Shown here one piece after another: positions 40,217 through 50,133 of a stretch of 64,000 nt of DNA. The DNA is from an uncultured Gemmatimonadales bacterium (lineage in GTDB: Bacteria > Gemmatimonadota > Gemmatimonadetes > Longimicrobiales > Longimicrobiaceae), in NCBI GenBank assembly GCA_963716255.1, contig OY970303.1, forward strand, positions 5,984,001 through 6,048,000. The letters run 5' to 3'. The position numbers and the translations under genes were made by a program. Every line of letters begins with the position of its first letter. Position 1 is the first letter of the stretch. The notes beneath the pieces were generated by a model, which was not told the origin of the DNA, did no database searches, and was given only the letters and a program-made list of their open reading frames with translations.

Positions 40217-41367
40217 GCGGTCCCGCCACCGGGGTGGCCATCCTGGGCGCCACCGGGTCCATCGGCAAGAGCGCGCTCGCGGTGGTCCGCCAGCACCCCG
40301 ACCGCTTCCGCCCCGTGGTGCTCACCGCGCACCGCAACGCCGCCGCGCTGGCGGAGCTGGTGGACGAGCACCGGCCCGCGCTGGCGGTGGTGGCGGACCC
40401 TTCCGCCGCCTCCGGGGTTTACTCCGCCGGACCGACGCGCTGGGCCTCCGGGCGCGAGGCGCTCCTGGAGGCCGCGACGCACCCCGACGTCGACGTGGTC
40501 CTCAACGCGCTGGTGGGCGCGGCCGGGCTGGAGCCCACGCTGGCGGCGCTCAGGGCGGGGAAGCGGGTGGCGCTGGCCAACAAGGAGTCGCTGGTGTGCG
40601 CCGGCCCGCTGGTGATGCGCGCCGCGGAGGAGGGCGGCGGCCGGCTGCTCCCGGTGGACAGCGAGCACAGCGCCATCTTCCAGTGCCTCCAGGGCTCGCA
40701 GTGGAGCGAGGTGGAGCGGCTGCTGATCACCGCCTCCGGCGGACCCTTCCGCGGCTGGACCCCCGAGCGGCTGGCGGCGGCGACCCCGGCGGATGCGCTG
40801 CGCCACCCCACCTGGAGCATGGGGTCCAAGGTCACCATCGACTCGGCGACGCTGGCGAACAAGGCGCTGGAGGTGATCGAGGCGCACTTCCTCTTCGGCG
40901 TGCCGTACGAGCGCATCCAGGCGGTGGTGCACCCGCAGTCCGTGATCCACTCCATGGTGGAGTTCGTGGACGGATCGGTGCTGGCGCAGATGGGGTTTCC
41001 CACCATGGAGATCCCCGTGCTCTACGCCCTCGCGTACCCCGAGCGCCTCCCCTACACCTGCCGGCGCTTCGACCCGGTGGCGGCGGGGACGCTCACCTTC
41101 GAGCCGCTGCACGCCGACCGCTTCCGCGCCTTCGCCCTGGGGGTGGAGGCCGGGCGCGCCGGCGGCACGGCGCCCGCGGTGTTCAACGCCGCCAACGAGG
41201 TGTCGGTCGCCGCGTTCCTGGAAGGGGGACTTTCCTTTCCGGGGATCGCCGCCGCCATCGACGACGCCCTCGCCCGCTGGCCGGGCGGCGAGGCGGCCAC
41301 GCTGGACGACGTGCTCCACGCCGACGCGTGGGCGCGCGGCGTCACCCGAACCTTCGTCCGAGGCTAG
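40213..41367 (+). CDS. dxr: 1-deoxy-D-xylulose 5-phosphate reductoisomerase
   Basis: LGATGSIG, ALANKESLV, PVDSEH, HPTWSMG.KVTIDSAT, NAANE. Confidence 0.97.
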   Translation: MSGPATGVAILGATGSIGKSALAVVRQHPDRFRPVVLTAHRNAAALAELVDEHRPALAVVADPSAASGVYSAGPTRWASGREALLEAATHPDVDVVLNALVGAAGLEPTLAALRAGKRVALANKESLVCAGPLVMRAAEEGGGRLLPVDSEHSAIFQCLQGSQWSEVERLLITASGGPFRGWTPERLAAATPADALRHPTWSMGSKVTIDSATLANKALEVIEAHFLFGVPYERIQAVVHPQSVIHSMVEFVDGSVLAQMGFPTMEIPVLYALAYPERLPYTCRRFDPVAAGTLTFEPLHADRFRAFALGVEAGRAGGTAPAVFNAANEVSVAAFLEGGLSFPGIAAAIDDALARWPGGEAATLDDVLHADAWARGVTRTFVRG

Positions 41368-41373
41368 AGCCCC

Positions 41374-42741
41374 GTGCTGGACGTAATCGCATTCTTCGTC
41401 GTCATCTCGGTCCTGATCCTGGTCCACGAGCTCGGCCACTTCCTGGCCGCCAAGTCCGTGAACATCCAGGTGCCGCGCTTCTCGCTGGGGCTGGGGCCGC
41501 GCGTGCTCGGCTTCCGCCGGGGCGAGACCGAGTACGTCCTGTCCGCCATCCCGCTGGGCGGCTACGTCAAGATGGCGGGGATGGAGGACGACGAGGCCGC
41601 CGAGGCGCTGGAGGGCGGGGCCGCCGCCTCGGACGAGCCGCCGGTGGACCCGGAGCGCACCTTCGACTCCAAGCCGCTCTGGGCGCGCGCCTGGGTGATC
41701 TCCGCGGGCGTGATCTTCAACATGATCTTCGCCTTCCTGGTCTTCATCGGGCTGGGGCTGGGCTACGGCGACGCCGAGATCGCGAGCACCCGCCTGTTCG
41801 TGGTGGGCGCCGACTCGCTCACCGGGGGCGCGGCCGCGCTGGCCCGCATTCCCGCCGGCGCCGAGGTGCAGGCCGTGGGGCAGACGCCGGTGCAGAGCTG
41901 GAACGAGGTGCAGGCCGCGCTGGACGCCGCCCCCGCGGGGCCGGTGACGCTCCGCCTGGCCGCCGCGCCCCCGGTGACCGTCGACCTCCCCGCCGCCGGC
42001 CAGGAGCGCGACCGCCTGCTGGCGCGGGTGCAGCCCTTCGCCGAGCCGGAGATCCGCCGGGTGGTGGAGGGCGGCGCCGCGGAGCGGGCCGGGCTCCGCG
42101 CCGGGGACCGCGTGGTCGCCGCCGGGGGGCGGCCCGTGCGCGCCTGGCAGGAGCTGGAGGCCGCCATCCGCGCCAACCCCGGCCGTCCGCTCGCCCTGCT
42201 GGTGGAGCGCGGCGGGCAGCGCCTGCCCCTCACGGTGACGCCCGCCACCGAGCGCGAGCTCGACGAGGAGATGAAGCGCGTTCCCGTGGGCAAGATCGGC
42301 GTGGAGACGCCGCGCCCCGAGGTGGTGCGCCGCACCATCGGGCCGGCGGAGGCGGTGGCCCGCGGCTGGCAGCAGACGTGGGGGGCCGCGGGCGAGATCG
42401 CGGCGGTCCTGGGGCGCCTGGTCACCGGCGGCGAGTCCATGCGCAGCCTGGGCGGCCCGCTCGCCATCGGGCAGATCTCCGGCGAGACGGCGCGGCTGGG
42501 GCTGGACGCGTTCCTCAGCTTCCTCGCCATCTTCTCCATCAACCTGGCCATCTTCAACCTCCTCCCCATCCCCATCCTGGACGGCGGCCACCTGCTGTTC
42601 ATCGCCATCGAGGCGGTGCGCGGGCGCCCCCTCTCGGTGGAGCAGCGCGTCCGCTTCTCGCACGTGGGGATGATCCTGGTGGTGGGGCTGATGGTGTGGG
42701 CCATCACCAACGACATCCTGCGGGTGGTCTTCAACATCTGA
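41374..42741 (+). CDS. rseP: RIP metalloprotease RseP
   Basis: HELGH, IPLGGYVKM, PDZ region, NLLPIPILDGG. Confidence 0.95.
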   Translation: MLDVIAFFVVISVLILVHELGHFLAAKSVNIQVPRFSLGLGPRVLGFRRGETEYVLSAIPLGGYVKMAGMEDDEAAEALEGGAAASDEPPVDPERTFDSKPLWARAWVISAGVIFNMIFAFLVFIGLGLGYGDAEIASTRLFVVGADSLTGGAAALARIPAGAEVQAVGQTPVQSWNEVQAALDAAPAGPVTLRLAAAPPVTVDLPAAGQERDRLLARVQPFAEPEIRRVVEGGAAERAGLRAGDRVVAAGGRPVRAWQELEAAIRANPGRPLALLVERGGQRLPLTVTPATERELDEEMKRVPVGKIGVETPRPEVVRRTIGPAEAVARGWQQTWGAAGEIAAVLGRLVTGGESMRSLGGPLAIGQISGETARLGLDAFLSFLAIFSINLAIFNLLPIPILDGGHLLFIAIEAVRGRPLSVEQRVRFSHVGMILVVGLMVWAITNDILRVVFNI

Positions 42742-42879
42742 GGCCGGTTGCGGGCAAACCCATGCAGGTGTTAAATTTCTGAGTTTCCCGGACGCACGGA
42801 TCCATCTTGCGCGCCGTCCCGCTTCGTTTCGCGACCGGCCGTCGTGTCCCTCCAGATCCCACCCGCAGTGAGATAAACG

Positions 42880-43260
42880 ATGGATCGCACCCAGCTCGAA
42901 CACATCGAGCGTCGGCTTCTCCGGGAGCGCGAGCGCATCCTTCGGTCTCTGGGCCGCTTCTCGGAGCAGGCCAAGCTGACCCGCGATTCCGCCGACAACG
43001 ACCTGTCCAGCTACTCGTTCCACATGGCCGACCAGGGAACGGACGCCATGGAGCGGGAAAAGACGTTCCTGTTCGCGAGCAAGGAAGGCCGCTACCTGTA
43101 CCGCGTGGAGGAGGCGCTGCGGCGCCTGTACAACGACCCGGAGAACTTCGGGATCTGCCACGGCTGCAAGAAGGAGATCCCCTTCGAGCGCCTGGATGCC
43201 CTCCCGCACGCCCGGTACTGTCTGGATTGCAAGCTCCGTGAGGAGGAGGCGGCGGCGTAA
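42880..43260 (+). CDS. TraR/DksA C4-type zinc-finger protein
   Basis: Coiled coil with HMADQGTD; FGICHGC..EIPFERLDALP.ARYCLDC. Confidence 0.9.
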   Translation: MDRTQLEHIERRLLRERERILRSLGRFSEQAKLTRDSADNDLSSYSFHMADQGTDAMEREKTFLFASKEGRYLYRVEEALRRLYNDPENFGICHGCKKEIPFERLDALPHARYCLDCKLREEEAAA

Positions 43261-43343
43261 GCCGTTCGCTCGACTCGGATCTTGAAGGCGGCTCACTCGT
43301 TTCGGGTGGGCCGCTTGTCTTTGGGGGCGGGTTTCGATGCGGG

Positions 43344-43500
43344 GGGCCGCTCCGGAACCAGGCCAAACTGCCGGCCTGTTTCCTACGCGGGCTCCGGGAG
43401 CCAGCCGAAACTGCCCGGCTGTCTCCCTGCGCCGGAGTGAGCCTCGCCAAACTGCCGGCGAGTCTCCCTCCGAACAGATTCTGGGGGATACTGCGGAAAC
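43344..43500 (-). repeat. Family B three-hairpin repeat, copy B4 (inverted)
   Basis: Three hairpins, all with GGCAGTTT loops. Confidence 0.9.
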
Positions 43501-43542
43501 CGCGAACGACAACAAGCCCTCCCCCGGAATTGGGGGATATAG

Positions 43543-44928
43543 CAGGTTGCTGAAAAGCTTGTGCGCACGCGCGTGCGCGCGAGGGCGTGGCGTCGTAGAT
43601 TGGGGAAAACCTGTCCTCACACTCTCGGGGAGCAGCCACGATGCGCGGACGAGTCAGCCAGCAGCACGCGATGTGGATGTTCTACGATCCGGAGAGCCTG
43701 CTCTCGCCTACGCATCCGCTGCGGGCGGTCAAGGCGCGAGCCGATGCGGTGCTGGCCGGGATGAGTCCGGAGTTCGACCGCGCCTACGCGGCTCTGGGAC
43801 GGGCGAGTATCCCGCCGGAGATGCTGCTGAAGGCGCTGCTGCTTCAGGCGCTGCACTCGATCCGTTCGGAGCGGATGCTGGTGGAGCAGATCGGAGTGAA
43901 CTTGGCTTACCGGTGGTTCCTGGACCTGGAGCCGCATGCGGGGGTGTGGGATGCGACCACGTTCACGCAGAACCGGGATCGGTTCGAGAAGCACGGGCTG
44001 GTGCGCACCTTCTTCGAGCGGATCATCGAGGGGGCGTACCTGGAGGAACTGGCGAGCCAGGAGCACTTCTCGATCGATGGCAGCCTGATCGAGAGCTATG
44101 CCTCGATGAAGAGCCTGCGCAAGATCGGCAGCCCGGACGAGAAGGTCAGCGACGGCTCGAAGGACGGCGACACGAGCAATCCCTCGGTGAACTTCCGCAA
44201 AGAGAAGCGGACCAACGCGACGCACCGCTCGCTCACGGACCCCGAGGCGCGCCTGGCGACCAAGAGCAAGGGAGTGCCGGCGCGGCTGTGCCATCTGCTG
44301 AACGCGCTGATGGAGAACCGGCACGGGCTGCTCATCGACGTCAGCGTGGTGGAGGCCGACGGGACGGGCGAGCGCGACCAGGCACTCCTGCTGCTGGAGC
44401 GCAGCCGGATTCGGCACGACTTGCCGGTGGAGCGCACGGTGGGGCTGGATGGGGGCTATCCCAGTGGCCCGTTCCTCCAGGCAGCCTATCAGGACGGTGT
44501 GAGCGCGCACGTGCCGATCCCGGAGGGGCCGATCGACCCGGACGCCAAGGGAGCCGAAGCGCGCAGCCGAGCCCGAGAGCGGATGGGTACGCCGGAGTAC
44601 GCCCTCTCGCAACGCAAGCGTAAGCGGATCGAGGAGATCTTCGGCTGGGCAAAGGAGATCGGCGGGATGCGTCGGAGCCGCCACGTGGATCGCTGGAAGC
44701 TGACGCAGAAGGCGCTGATCGTGGGCGCCGCGTACAACCTCCTGCGCCTGGCACGCCTCGCGCCGGGTTTGCAGGCCCTCGCCTGAGGCACAGTGCGTCC
44801 GTGCACGCCGAAAATGGCTGCACGGGCGGGAAACCGGGCACCCCATACGCCGGAAAAGCCCCGTTTCGCTGATTCTGGAGTGGAAGTTTTCCACGTCACA
44901 CTCCAGGCTGCCGTTTTTCAGCGACCTG
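43543..44928 (+). mobile_element. IS5-family insertion sequence, complete
   Basis: 14-bp terminal inverted repeats CAGGTTGCTGAAAA / TTTTCAGCGACCTG (one mismatch) flanked by a 4-bp ATAG direct repeat (43539-43542, 44929-44932). Confidence 0.9.
43641..44786 (+). CDS. IS5-family DDE transposase
   Basis: HPLR, GRASIPPE.LLKALLLQ, IRSER, FSIDGSLIE, LDGGY, RKRIEEIFGWAK. Confidence 0.93.
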   Translation: MRGRVSQQHAMWMFYDPESLLSPTHPLRAVKARADAVLAGMSPEFDRAYAALGRASIPPEMLLKALLLQALHSIRSERMLVEQIGVNLAYRWFLDLEPHAGVWDATTFTQNRDRFEKHGLVRTFFERIIEGAYLEELASQEHFSIDGSLIESYASMKSLRKIGSPDEKVSDGSKDGDTSNPSVNFRKEKRTNATHRSLTDPEARLATKSKGVPARLCHLLNALMENRHGLLIDVSVVEADGTGERDQALLLLERSRIRHDLPVERTVGLDGGYPSGPFLQAAYQDGVSAHVPIPEGPIDPDAKGAEARSRARERMGTPEYALSQRKRKRIEEIFGWAKEIGGMRRSRHVDRWKLTQKALIVGAAYNLLRLARLAPGLQALA

Positions 44929-45066
44929 ATAGGGGGAAAGCCGTGCGAGCCTCGAGCGAGCCGGGTGGGGGCCCTCCCGCGGGCGCCAGCTCACCCCCGG
45001 CTGCACGCACGAGAAAAGCCCCTCTCCCGCTTGTGGGGGAGGGGTTGGGGAGGGGGCTGCCGTTCC

Positions 45067-45888
45067 CTACAGCAGCGACAGCTGCGGCGGCTGCTTGGCG
45101 GCGCGCAGGCGGCTCACGTCGATGCACTCCATCGGCTGCTCCTGCGAGGCCACCTGCACGGGGCCGCGGTAGCGGCGGCGCTCGAGGGCGGCGGCGACGG
45201 TGTCGCGGGCGATCTCGGGATCGTTGGCGGCCTCGCTCAGGTGCGCGAGGACCACGGAGGCGAGGCCGGGGTGGTACAGCTCCAGCGCCAGCTCGGCGGC
45301 GGCGCGGTTGGACAGGTGGCCGTGGGCGGAGGAGATGCGCGACTTCACGCTCCACGGGTAGTGGCTGTCCCTCAGGAGGATGGGGTCGTGGTTGGACTCC
45401 AGGATCAGCAGGTCGCAGCCCTGCAGGGCGTGGCGGACGGAGGTGGTGGCGCGGCCCAGGTCGGTGGCGATCCCCAGCTTCTCGCCGGTGCCGCGCTCCG
45501 TCACCGTCACGGCGATGGGGTCCACCGCGTCGTGCACCGTCAGGAACGGCGCCACGACGAGGCCGGCGATCTCCACCGGCTCCTCGGAGCTGTAGCGGCG
45601 GACCCGCTCGGTGCCGTCCAGGAGCTTCGCGCAGGCGGCGCGCGTGGGCTCCGTCATGTACAGCGGCACGCCCCAGCGGCGGGCGAACACCCCCATCCCG
45701 CGCGTGTGGTCGCTGTGGTCGTGGGTGATGAGCAGCGCGGTGACGGACTCCGGGGCGACCTCGGCGGCGGCCAGGCGGCGCTCCATGTCGCGCCCGCTGA
45801 AGCCGGCGTCCATCAGCAGCCGCGCCCCGCCCGACTCGATCAGGACGGAGTTCCCCCGGCTGCCGCTCCCCAGGACGGTGACCTTCAC
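45067..45888 (-). CDS. MBL-fold metallo-hydrolase (YycJ/WalJ-like)
   Basis: LGSGSRGN, THDHSDH, HDA, TDLG, LESNHD, GHLSN, HLS. Confidence 0.9.
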   Translation of the reverse strand: MKVTVLGSGSRGNSVLIESGGARLLMDAGFSGRDMERRLAAAEVAPESVTALLITHDHSDHTRGMGVFARRWGVPLYMTEPTRAACAKLLDGTERVRRYSSEEPVEIAGLVVAPFLTVHDAVDPIAVTVTERGTGEKLGIATDLGRATTSVRHALQGCDLLILESNHDPILLRDSHYPWSVKSRISSAHGHLSNRAAAELALELYHPGLASVVLAHLSEAANDPEIARDTVAAALERRRYRGPVQVASQEQPMECIDVSRLRAAKQPPQLSLL

Positions 45889-46009
45889 GCGAGTGCTGCC
45901 TCGGCTCTGCTGATTGTACGGCGGGACCTGCGACGACGCGGACGGGCGCGCTCCAGGGCCGCGCCCATCCGCGAGTGGGAAAAGAAGTTAACGGCGACCC
46001 GGCGGTTTG

Positions 46010-47242
46010 TCATCCACCGTCCGGGCGGGCGCGCGCCCAGGCGCGTCCCAGCTGCCCGCGCATCCCGTCCGACATCGGCACGCCGCGCCGGCCCATGGCC
46101 CGCTCCGCCACCTCCAGGAACCTGTCCACCCGGTACGACGTGAGCTCCTCCCCGGTTCCCCAGCTGAAGGGGGGGACGTAGCGGGGGGGCATCGCCGCGC
46201 CGTACAGGTTGCTCCCCGCGCCGATCACCGTCCCCGTGTTGAGGAGCAGCCCGATCCCCGTCTTCACGTGGTCGCCCAGGAAGCACCCCATCTTGATCTC
46301 CCCGGTGTCGGTCTCGCCCTCCGGGGTCCACAGGCGCACGGTGCCGTAGTTGTTCTTGAGGTCGCTGTTGCTGGTCTCCGCGCCCAGGTTCACCCAGGCG
46401 CCCAGGTACGCGTGGCCGATGTGCCCGTCGTGCGCCTTGTTCACGTAGGCCAGCGCCACGCTCTCCGCGAACTCCCCGCGGATCTTGCACACCGGCCCGA
46501 TGGCGCACGCCTCCAGCGAGCCGCCCAGCACCGTGCTCCCGCGCCCCACGTACACCGGCCCCGCCATGCGGGTGAAGGCGCGCACCTTCGCGCCCTCGTC
46601 CAGCCAGACGGGCCCCTCCGACACGTCCAGAACCACCCCCGGCTCGATCCGCGCGCCCTCGCCCAGGATCACCGCGTGCTCCCCCATGCGATGGACGCCC
46701 GCCGGCAGCCGGGCCGGGGCGGGGGAGGGGAAGAGGGCGGCCACGTCCTCCACGATCTGCTCCGGCGTCGCGGACATCAGCTCCCACACGTGGCGCAGCA
46801 CGCGGCCTGGGATCCCGGCCGGCTCTCCGGGCCATTCCGCGGTTTCAGCGGACGGGCCGCGCAGGAACTTGAGGGGGGGCCTGTCCTTTCCGGCGGGGGC
46901 GAACCAGCCGACCATCTCGCCGCCCATGGCGACGGGGCCTTCGCGCGCGATCAGCGCCTCGCCGGCGCCCCAGGCGGGCACCGCGCGCGACGACAGGAAA
47001 AGGCGCGCCCCCTCCGCCGGGACGTCGGCCCGGCCGCGCACGGGGGGCGTGCCCTCCTCCGCGAAGCCGGCCAGGTGGTCCGCCGCGACGTGGGCCGAGC
47101 ACTGCACCCCGAAGACGCGCTCCGCCCGCTCGCGAAGGCGCATGGTCCCGAAGAGGAGCTCCCCCGCGGGGCGGGTCAGCGCGAACGGCTCCCACCGCTG
47201 CGCCACGACGTCGTCGAAAAGGACCAGCGTGAAGTCTGCCAT
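46010..47242 (-). CDS. GlmU-like putative sugar nucleotidyltransferase with hexapeptide repeats
   Basis: PFALTRPAGEL.FG, NKAHDGHIGH.YLG.WVNLGA, SDLKNNY, GDHVKTGI. Confidence 0.85.
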   Translation of the reverse strand: MADFTLVLFDDVVAQRWEPFALTRPAGELLFGTMRLRERAERVFGVQCSAHVAADHLAGFAEEGTPPVRGRADVPAEGARLFLSSRAVPAWGAGEALIAREGPVAMGGEMVGWFAPAGKDRPPLKFLRGPSAETAEWPGEPAGIPGRVLRHVWELMSATPEQIVEDVAALFPSPAPARLPAGVHRMGEHAVILGEGARIEPGVVLDVSEGPVWLDEGAKVRAFTRMAGPVYVGRGSTVLGGSLEACAIGPVCKIRGEFAESVALAYVNKAHDGHIGHAYLGAWVNLGAETSNSDLKNNYGTVRLWTPEGETDTGEIKMGCFLGDHVKTGIGLLLNTGTVIGAGSNLYGAAMPPRYVPPFSWGTGEELTSYRVDRFLEVAERAMGRRGVPMSDGMRGQLGRAWARARPDGG

Positions 47243-47292
47243 TGTGTCGTCGCGCTCGGGGCTCCCGGAAAAGCGAAGCGCGGAAGCGCGGC

Positions 47293-47328
47293 CACTTTCG
47301 CACTCCCGCACTTTCGCGCTTTCGCACC
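47293..47328. repeat. Short tandem octamer repeat (CACTTTCG-like, 4 units)
   Basis: CACTTTCG CACTCCCG CACTTTCG CGCTTTCG CACC. Confidence 0.7.
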
Positions 47329-47335
47329 GCCGTCT

Positions 47336-48427
47336 TCAGTCCAGCGTCCGCAGCTCCTCGGGGAGCTGCGCCAGGAGCGACTTCAGCTCCGGGGCGCGGT
47401 CCCGGTGGGCGACGAAGGTCACTCCTGCGGTGCGGACCACGATCAGGTCCTCCACGCCGAACGCAACGATCGGACCGTCGTCGGCGTACAGCGCGGTCCC
47501 CCGCGACTCCACCGCGTACGCCTCGCCCAGGGTGACGTTGCCCCGCGCGTCGGCGGGGCGGGTGCGGTACAGCGCGTCCCAGGCGCCCACGTCGTCCCAG
47601 TCGAAGGTGGCCTTCACCACCCCCACACGGTCGGAGCGCTCCAGCAGCCCCTCGTCGATGGAAAGGGTGGGCGCGCGGCGGAAGAACTCCTCCGTGCCTC
47701 CCTCGCGCAGGACGGGGATCAGCTCGGCCAGCTCCGGCGTGTGCCGCTCCAGCTGGTCCAGGAGGTCCGCCGCGCGCCACACGAAGAGCCCGGTGTTCCA
47801 CAGGTACTCCCCGGAGGCCAGGTACTCCCCGGCGGTGGCGCGGTCGGGCTTTTCCACGAAGCGGGCCACCTGGTAGCCGGCGGCGCGCCCCTCGCGGGGC
47901 GCAGCCTCGCTGCGCGGCTCGCCCGCGGCGAGGGCCGGGCCCAGGCGGATGTAGCCGTACCCGGTCTCGGGGCGGGTGGGGTTGGCGCCGATGGTGAAGA
48001 GGCGCCCGTGCTCCACCGCCAGCTCCGCGGCGTCCGCGATCAGCTGCCGGAAGGCCGCCGCCGGGTGGATGACGTGGTCGGCGTGAAGCGACACCATCAC
48101 CGCGTCCGGGTCGCGCCGCTCCAGCTCCGCCGCGGCCCAGGCGAGCACCGGGGCGGTGCCGGCGGCGCGCGGCTCCAGCAGGAAGTTGCCGGGCTCCAGC
48201 CCGGGGACCGCGCGCAGGATGGGGTCGGCCAGGTGCGCGCCCGTGAGGATCCGCAGCCGCTCCTGGGGGACCAGGGGGAGGATGCGCTCCACGGTGTCGC
48301 GGATCAGCGGCTGCTCGGAGGCCAGCGGGAGGATCTGCTTGGGGCGGGCGGGCGTGCTCACCGGCCAGAAGCGGGAGCCGACGCCCCCGGCCAGGATCAC
48401 CGTCCAGATATGATTCGGCTGCGGCAA
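47336..48427 (-). CDS. manC: Mannose-1-phosphate guanylyltransferase (start uncertain, TTG proposed)
   Basis: VILAGGVGSRFWPVS...PKQ, ADH, PTRPETGYGYI, FVEKP, WNTG, WDDVGAW. Confidence 0.9.
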   Translation of the reverse strand: MPQPNHIWTVILAGGVGSRFWPVSTPARPKQILPLASEQPLIRDTVERILPLVPQERLRILTGAHLADPILRAVPGLEPGNFLLEPRAAGTAPVLAWAAAELERRDPDAVMVSLHADHVIHPAAAFRQLIADAAELAVEHGRLFTIGANPTRPETGYGYIRLGPALAAGEPRSEAAPREGRAAGYQVARFVEKPDRATAGEYLASGEYLWNTGLFVWRAADLLDQLERHTPELAELIPVLREGGTEEFFRRAPTLSIDEGLLERSDRVGVVKATFDWDDVGAWDALYRTRPADARGNVTLGEAYAVESRGTALYADDGPIVAFGVEDLIVVRTAGVTFVAHRDRAPELKSLLAQLPEELRTLD

Positions 48428-48542
48428 ATCCTCTGGCTCTGCGTTGCTGCTCGTCGGGGACTCCCTGCGGCGTACAACCTCGTACGCCTCAATCGCCCCT
48501 CCTCGCGCGCCTTGATCCAGAGGATTTTCCTTTGCCGAATGG

Positions 48543-48929
48543 TCAGAAGAGCTCGTCGACGCGCGCAAGGAGCTTCTTGGGGCTGAAGGGTTTGGTGAAG
48601 AAGTCGGTCGCGCCCAGCTCCAGCGCCTGCGCGCGGTCGGACTCCTGCCCCTTCGCGGTCAGGATGATGACGGGCGTGTCGCGGCGGTGCGGCAGCTCGC
48701 GAAGCTCCTGGAGTACCTCCAGGCCGCTCGCGAACGGCATCATGATGTCCAGCAGGACCACGTCGATGGGCTCCGCCCCGCGCAGGTGCTCCAGCGCCTC
48801 CCGGCCGTCGGGGACCAGGGTGACGTGGTAGGGGCCCTGCTCCAGCTTGAGCTGGATGATGCGGCCGATGTGCGGCTCGTCGTCCGCGACGAGCACGTTG
48901 CGCGTCCTGGGCTGGGCGTCGGGAGTCAT
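48543..48929 (-). CDS. Single-domain response regulator (receiver)
   Basis: VLVADDE, LLDIMMP, LTAKG, KPFSP. Confidence 0.92.
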   Translation of the reverse strand: MTPDAQPRTRNVLVADDEPHIGRIIQLKLEQGPYHVTLVPDGREALEHLRGAEPIDVVLLDIMMPFASGLEVLQELRELPHRRDTPVIILTAKGQESDRAQALELGATDFFTKPFSPKKLLARVDELF

Positions 48930-48987
48930 CGGGGGCGGACGATGGATGCGGACGTTCGGGCGGGCGCCGCGTACGCGGCCCGGGAGG

Positions 48988-49341
48988 TCAGACCAGCGAG
49001 GCCAGCCGCTCGCGGCCGCTCGACAGGTCGCGCAGGAGCGGCGCGAACCCCACGCCGCCGCGCAGGAGCACGGCGAGGAGCAGCTCGGGCGAGAGCACGT
49101 CCACCACCGCCACCCCGTCCCCGAAGCGCACCACGACCGTGGACGGGTCCCCGTGCCCGGCGGCGGCGGCGAGCCCGCCCGCGGCCGAGGCGATCCCCGG
49201 CACCATCGCCGACACCGTTTCCGCGTCCAGCGCGCCGCTGCCGGAGTGCTGGATGAGGAGACCGTCCCGGCCCAGGATGAGGACGTGCTCCACGCCTTCG
49301 TGACCGCGCAGGGAAGCCATGGCCTGGTCGAGCTCGGACAT
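48988..49341 (-). CDS. Roadblock/LC7 (MglB-like) protein
   Basis: GVEHVLILGRDGLLI...DAETVSAMV pattern. Confidence 0.82.
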   Translation of the reverse strand: MSELDQAMASLRGHEGVEHVLILGRDGLLIQHSGSGALDAETVSAMVPGIASAAGGLAAAAGHGDPSTVVVRFGDGVAVVDVLSPELLLAVLLRGGVGFAPLLRDLSSGRERLASLV

Positions 49342-49545
49342 CGCGAAACTCCGGGAAATGGACGGTGTAGAGACCCGGAGCAACGTACCCCGGCGAAATT
49401 CCGAAGTCAAGGCCGGACAAGCCTTGCACGGCCTTGACGTGGTCCGCCCGGCCCCCCTAGGTTTGGCCGGAATCCCGCGCGGGCGGCGCCCCGGCGCCAA
49501 GCCCGCGCGGGACCCTTTTTACGAATCGTTTCCGGAGCATCTCCC

Positions 49546-50130
49546 TTGCGCTTCTTCCGCCTCGTCCTCGCCCTTCCCCTGCTCGCCACGGCGGCGCTCT
49601 CGCTCGCCGCCTGCGACGATCCCACGGGGATCGGAGAGCAGGTGATCGTGACCGACACCGTCACCATCGGCGTGCCGTCGCTGGTCCCCGACAGCATCCC
49701 CACGGCGCTGGACGTGATCTCCGGCGACGGGCTCTCCCTGGGCGGCGGGCGCTTCCCGGAGCGCCCGGGCGAGGCGGACGTCTGGGACGTCACCGTCCGC
49801 CTGCAGAACGGGACTTTCTCGCTCCTCCCCCGGGGCGCCGTGGGGCTGGAGTCGCAGCGGGCCGCCGTGACCGACGCCATCGCCGGCACCACCTTCGAGG
49901 GGCTGGACGAGGCGCCCGCGTCGTCGCGCTTCAATTCCGCGCGCGGGGTCGCCCTGTCGGTGGGGAGCGTGTACGTGGTGCGCTCGCGGGTGTACCGGCT
50001 GAGCAGCGTCAACTGCTGGCAGTTCGCCAAGGTGCAGCCCCTGGCGCTGAACGCCGCGGCGGGGACGGTGACGCTCGCGGTGGCCACCAGCGCCGGCTGC
50101 CAGGACACGCGCCTGGCGCCGGAGGACTGA
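49546..50130 (+). CDS. Hypothetical lipoprotein
   Basis: Lipobox LAAC-DDP; GGAG upstream of TTG; candidate promoter TTGACG-18 nt-TAGGTT at 49434-49463. Confidence 0.75.
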   Translation: MRFFRLVLALPLLATAALSLAACDDPTGIGEQVIVTDTVTIGVPSLVPDSIPTALDVISGDGLSLGGGRFPERPGEADVWDVTVRLQNGTFSLLPRGAVGLESQRAAVTDAIAGTTFEGLDEAPASSRFNSARGVALSVGSVYVVRSRVYRLSSVNCWQFAKVQPLALNAAAGTVTLAVATSAGCQDTRLAPED

Positions 50131-50133
50131 CGG

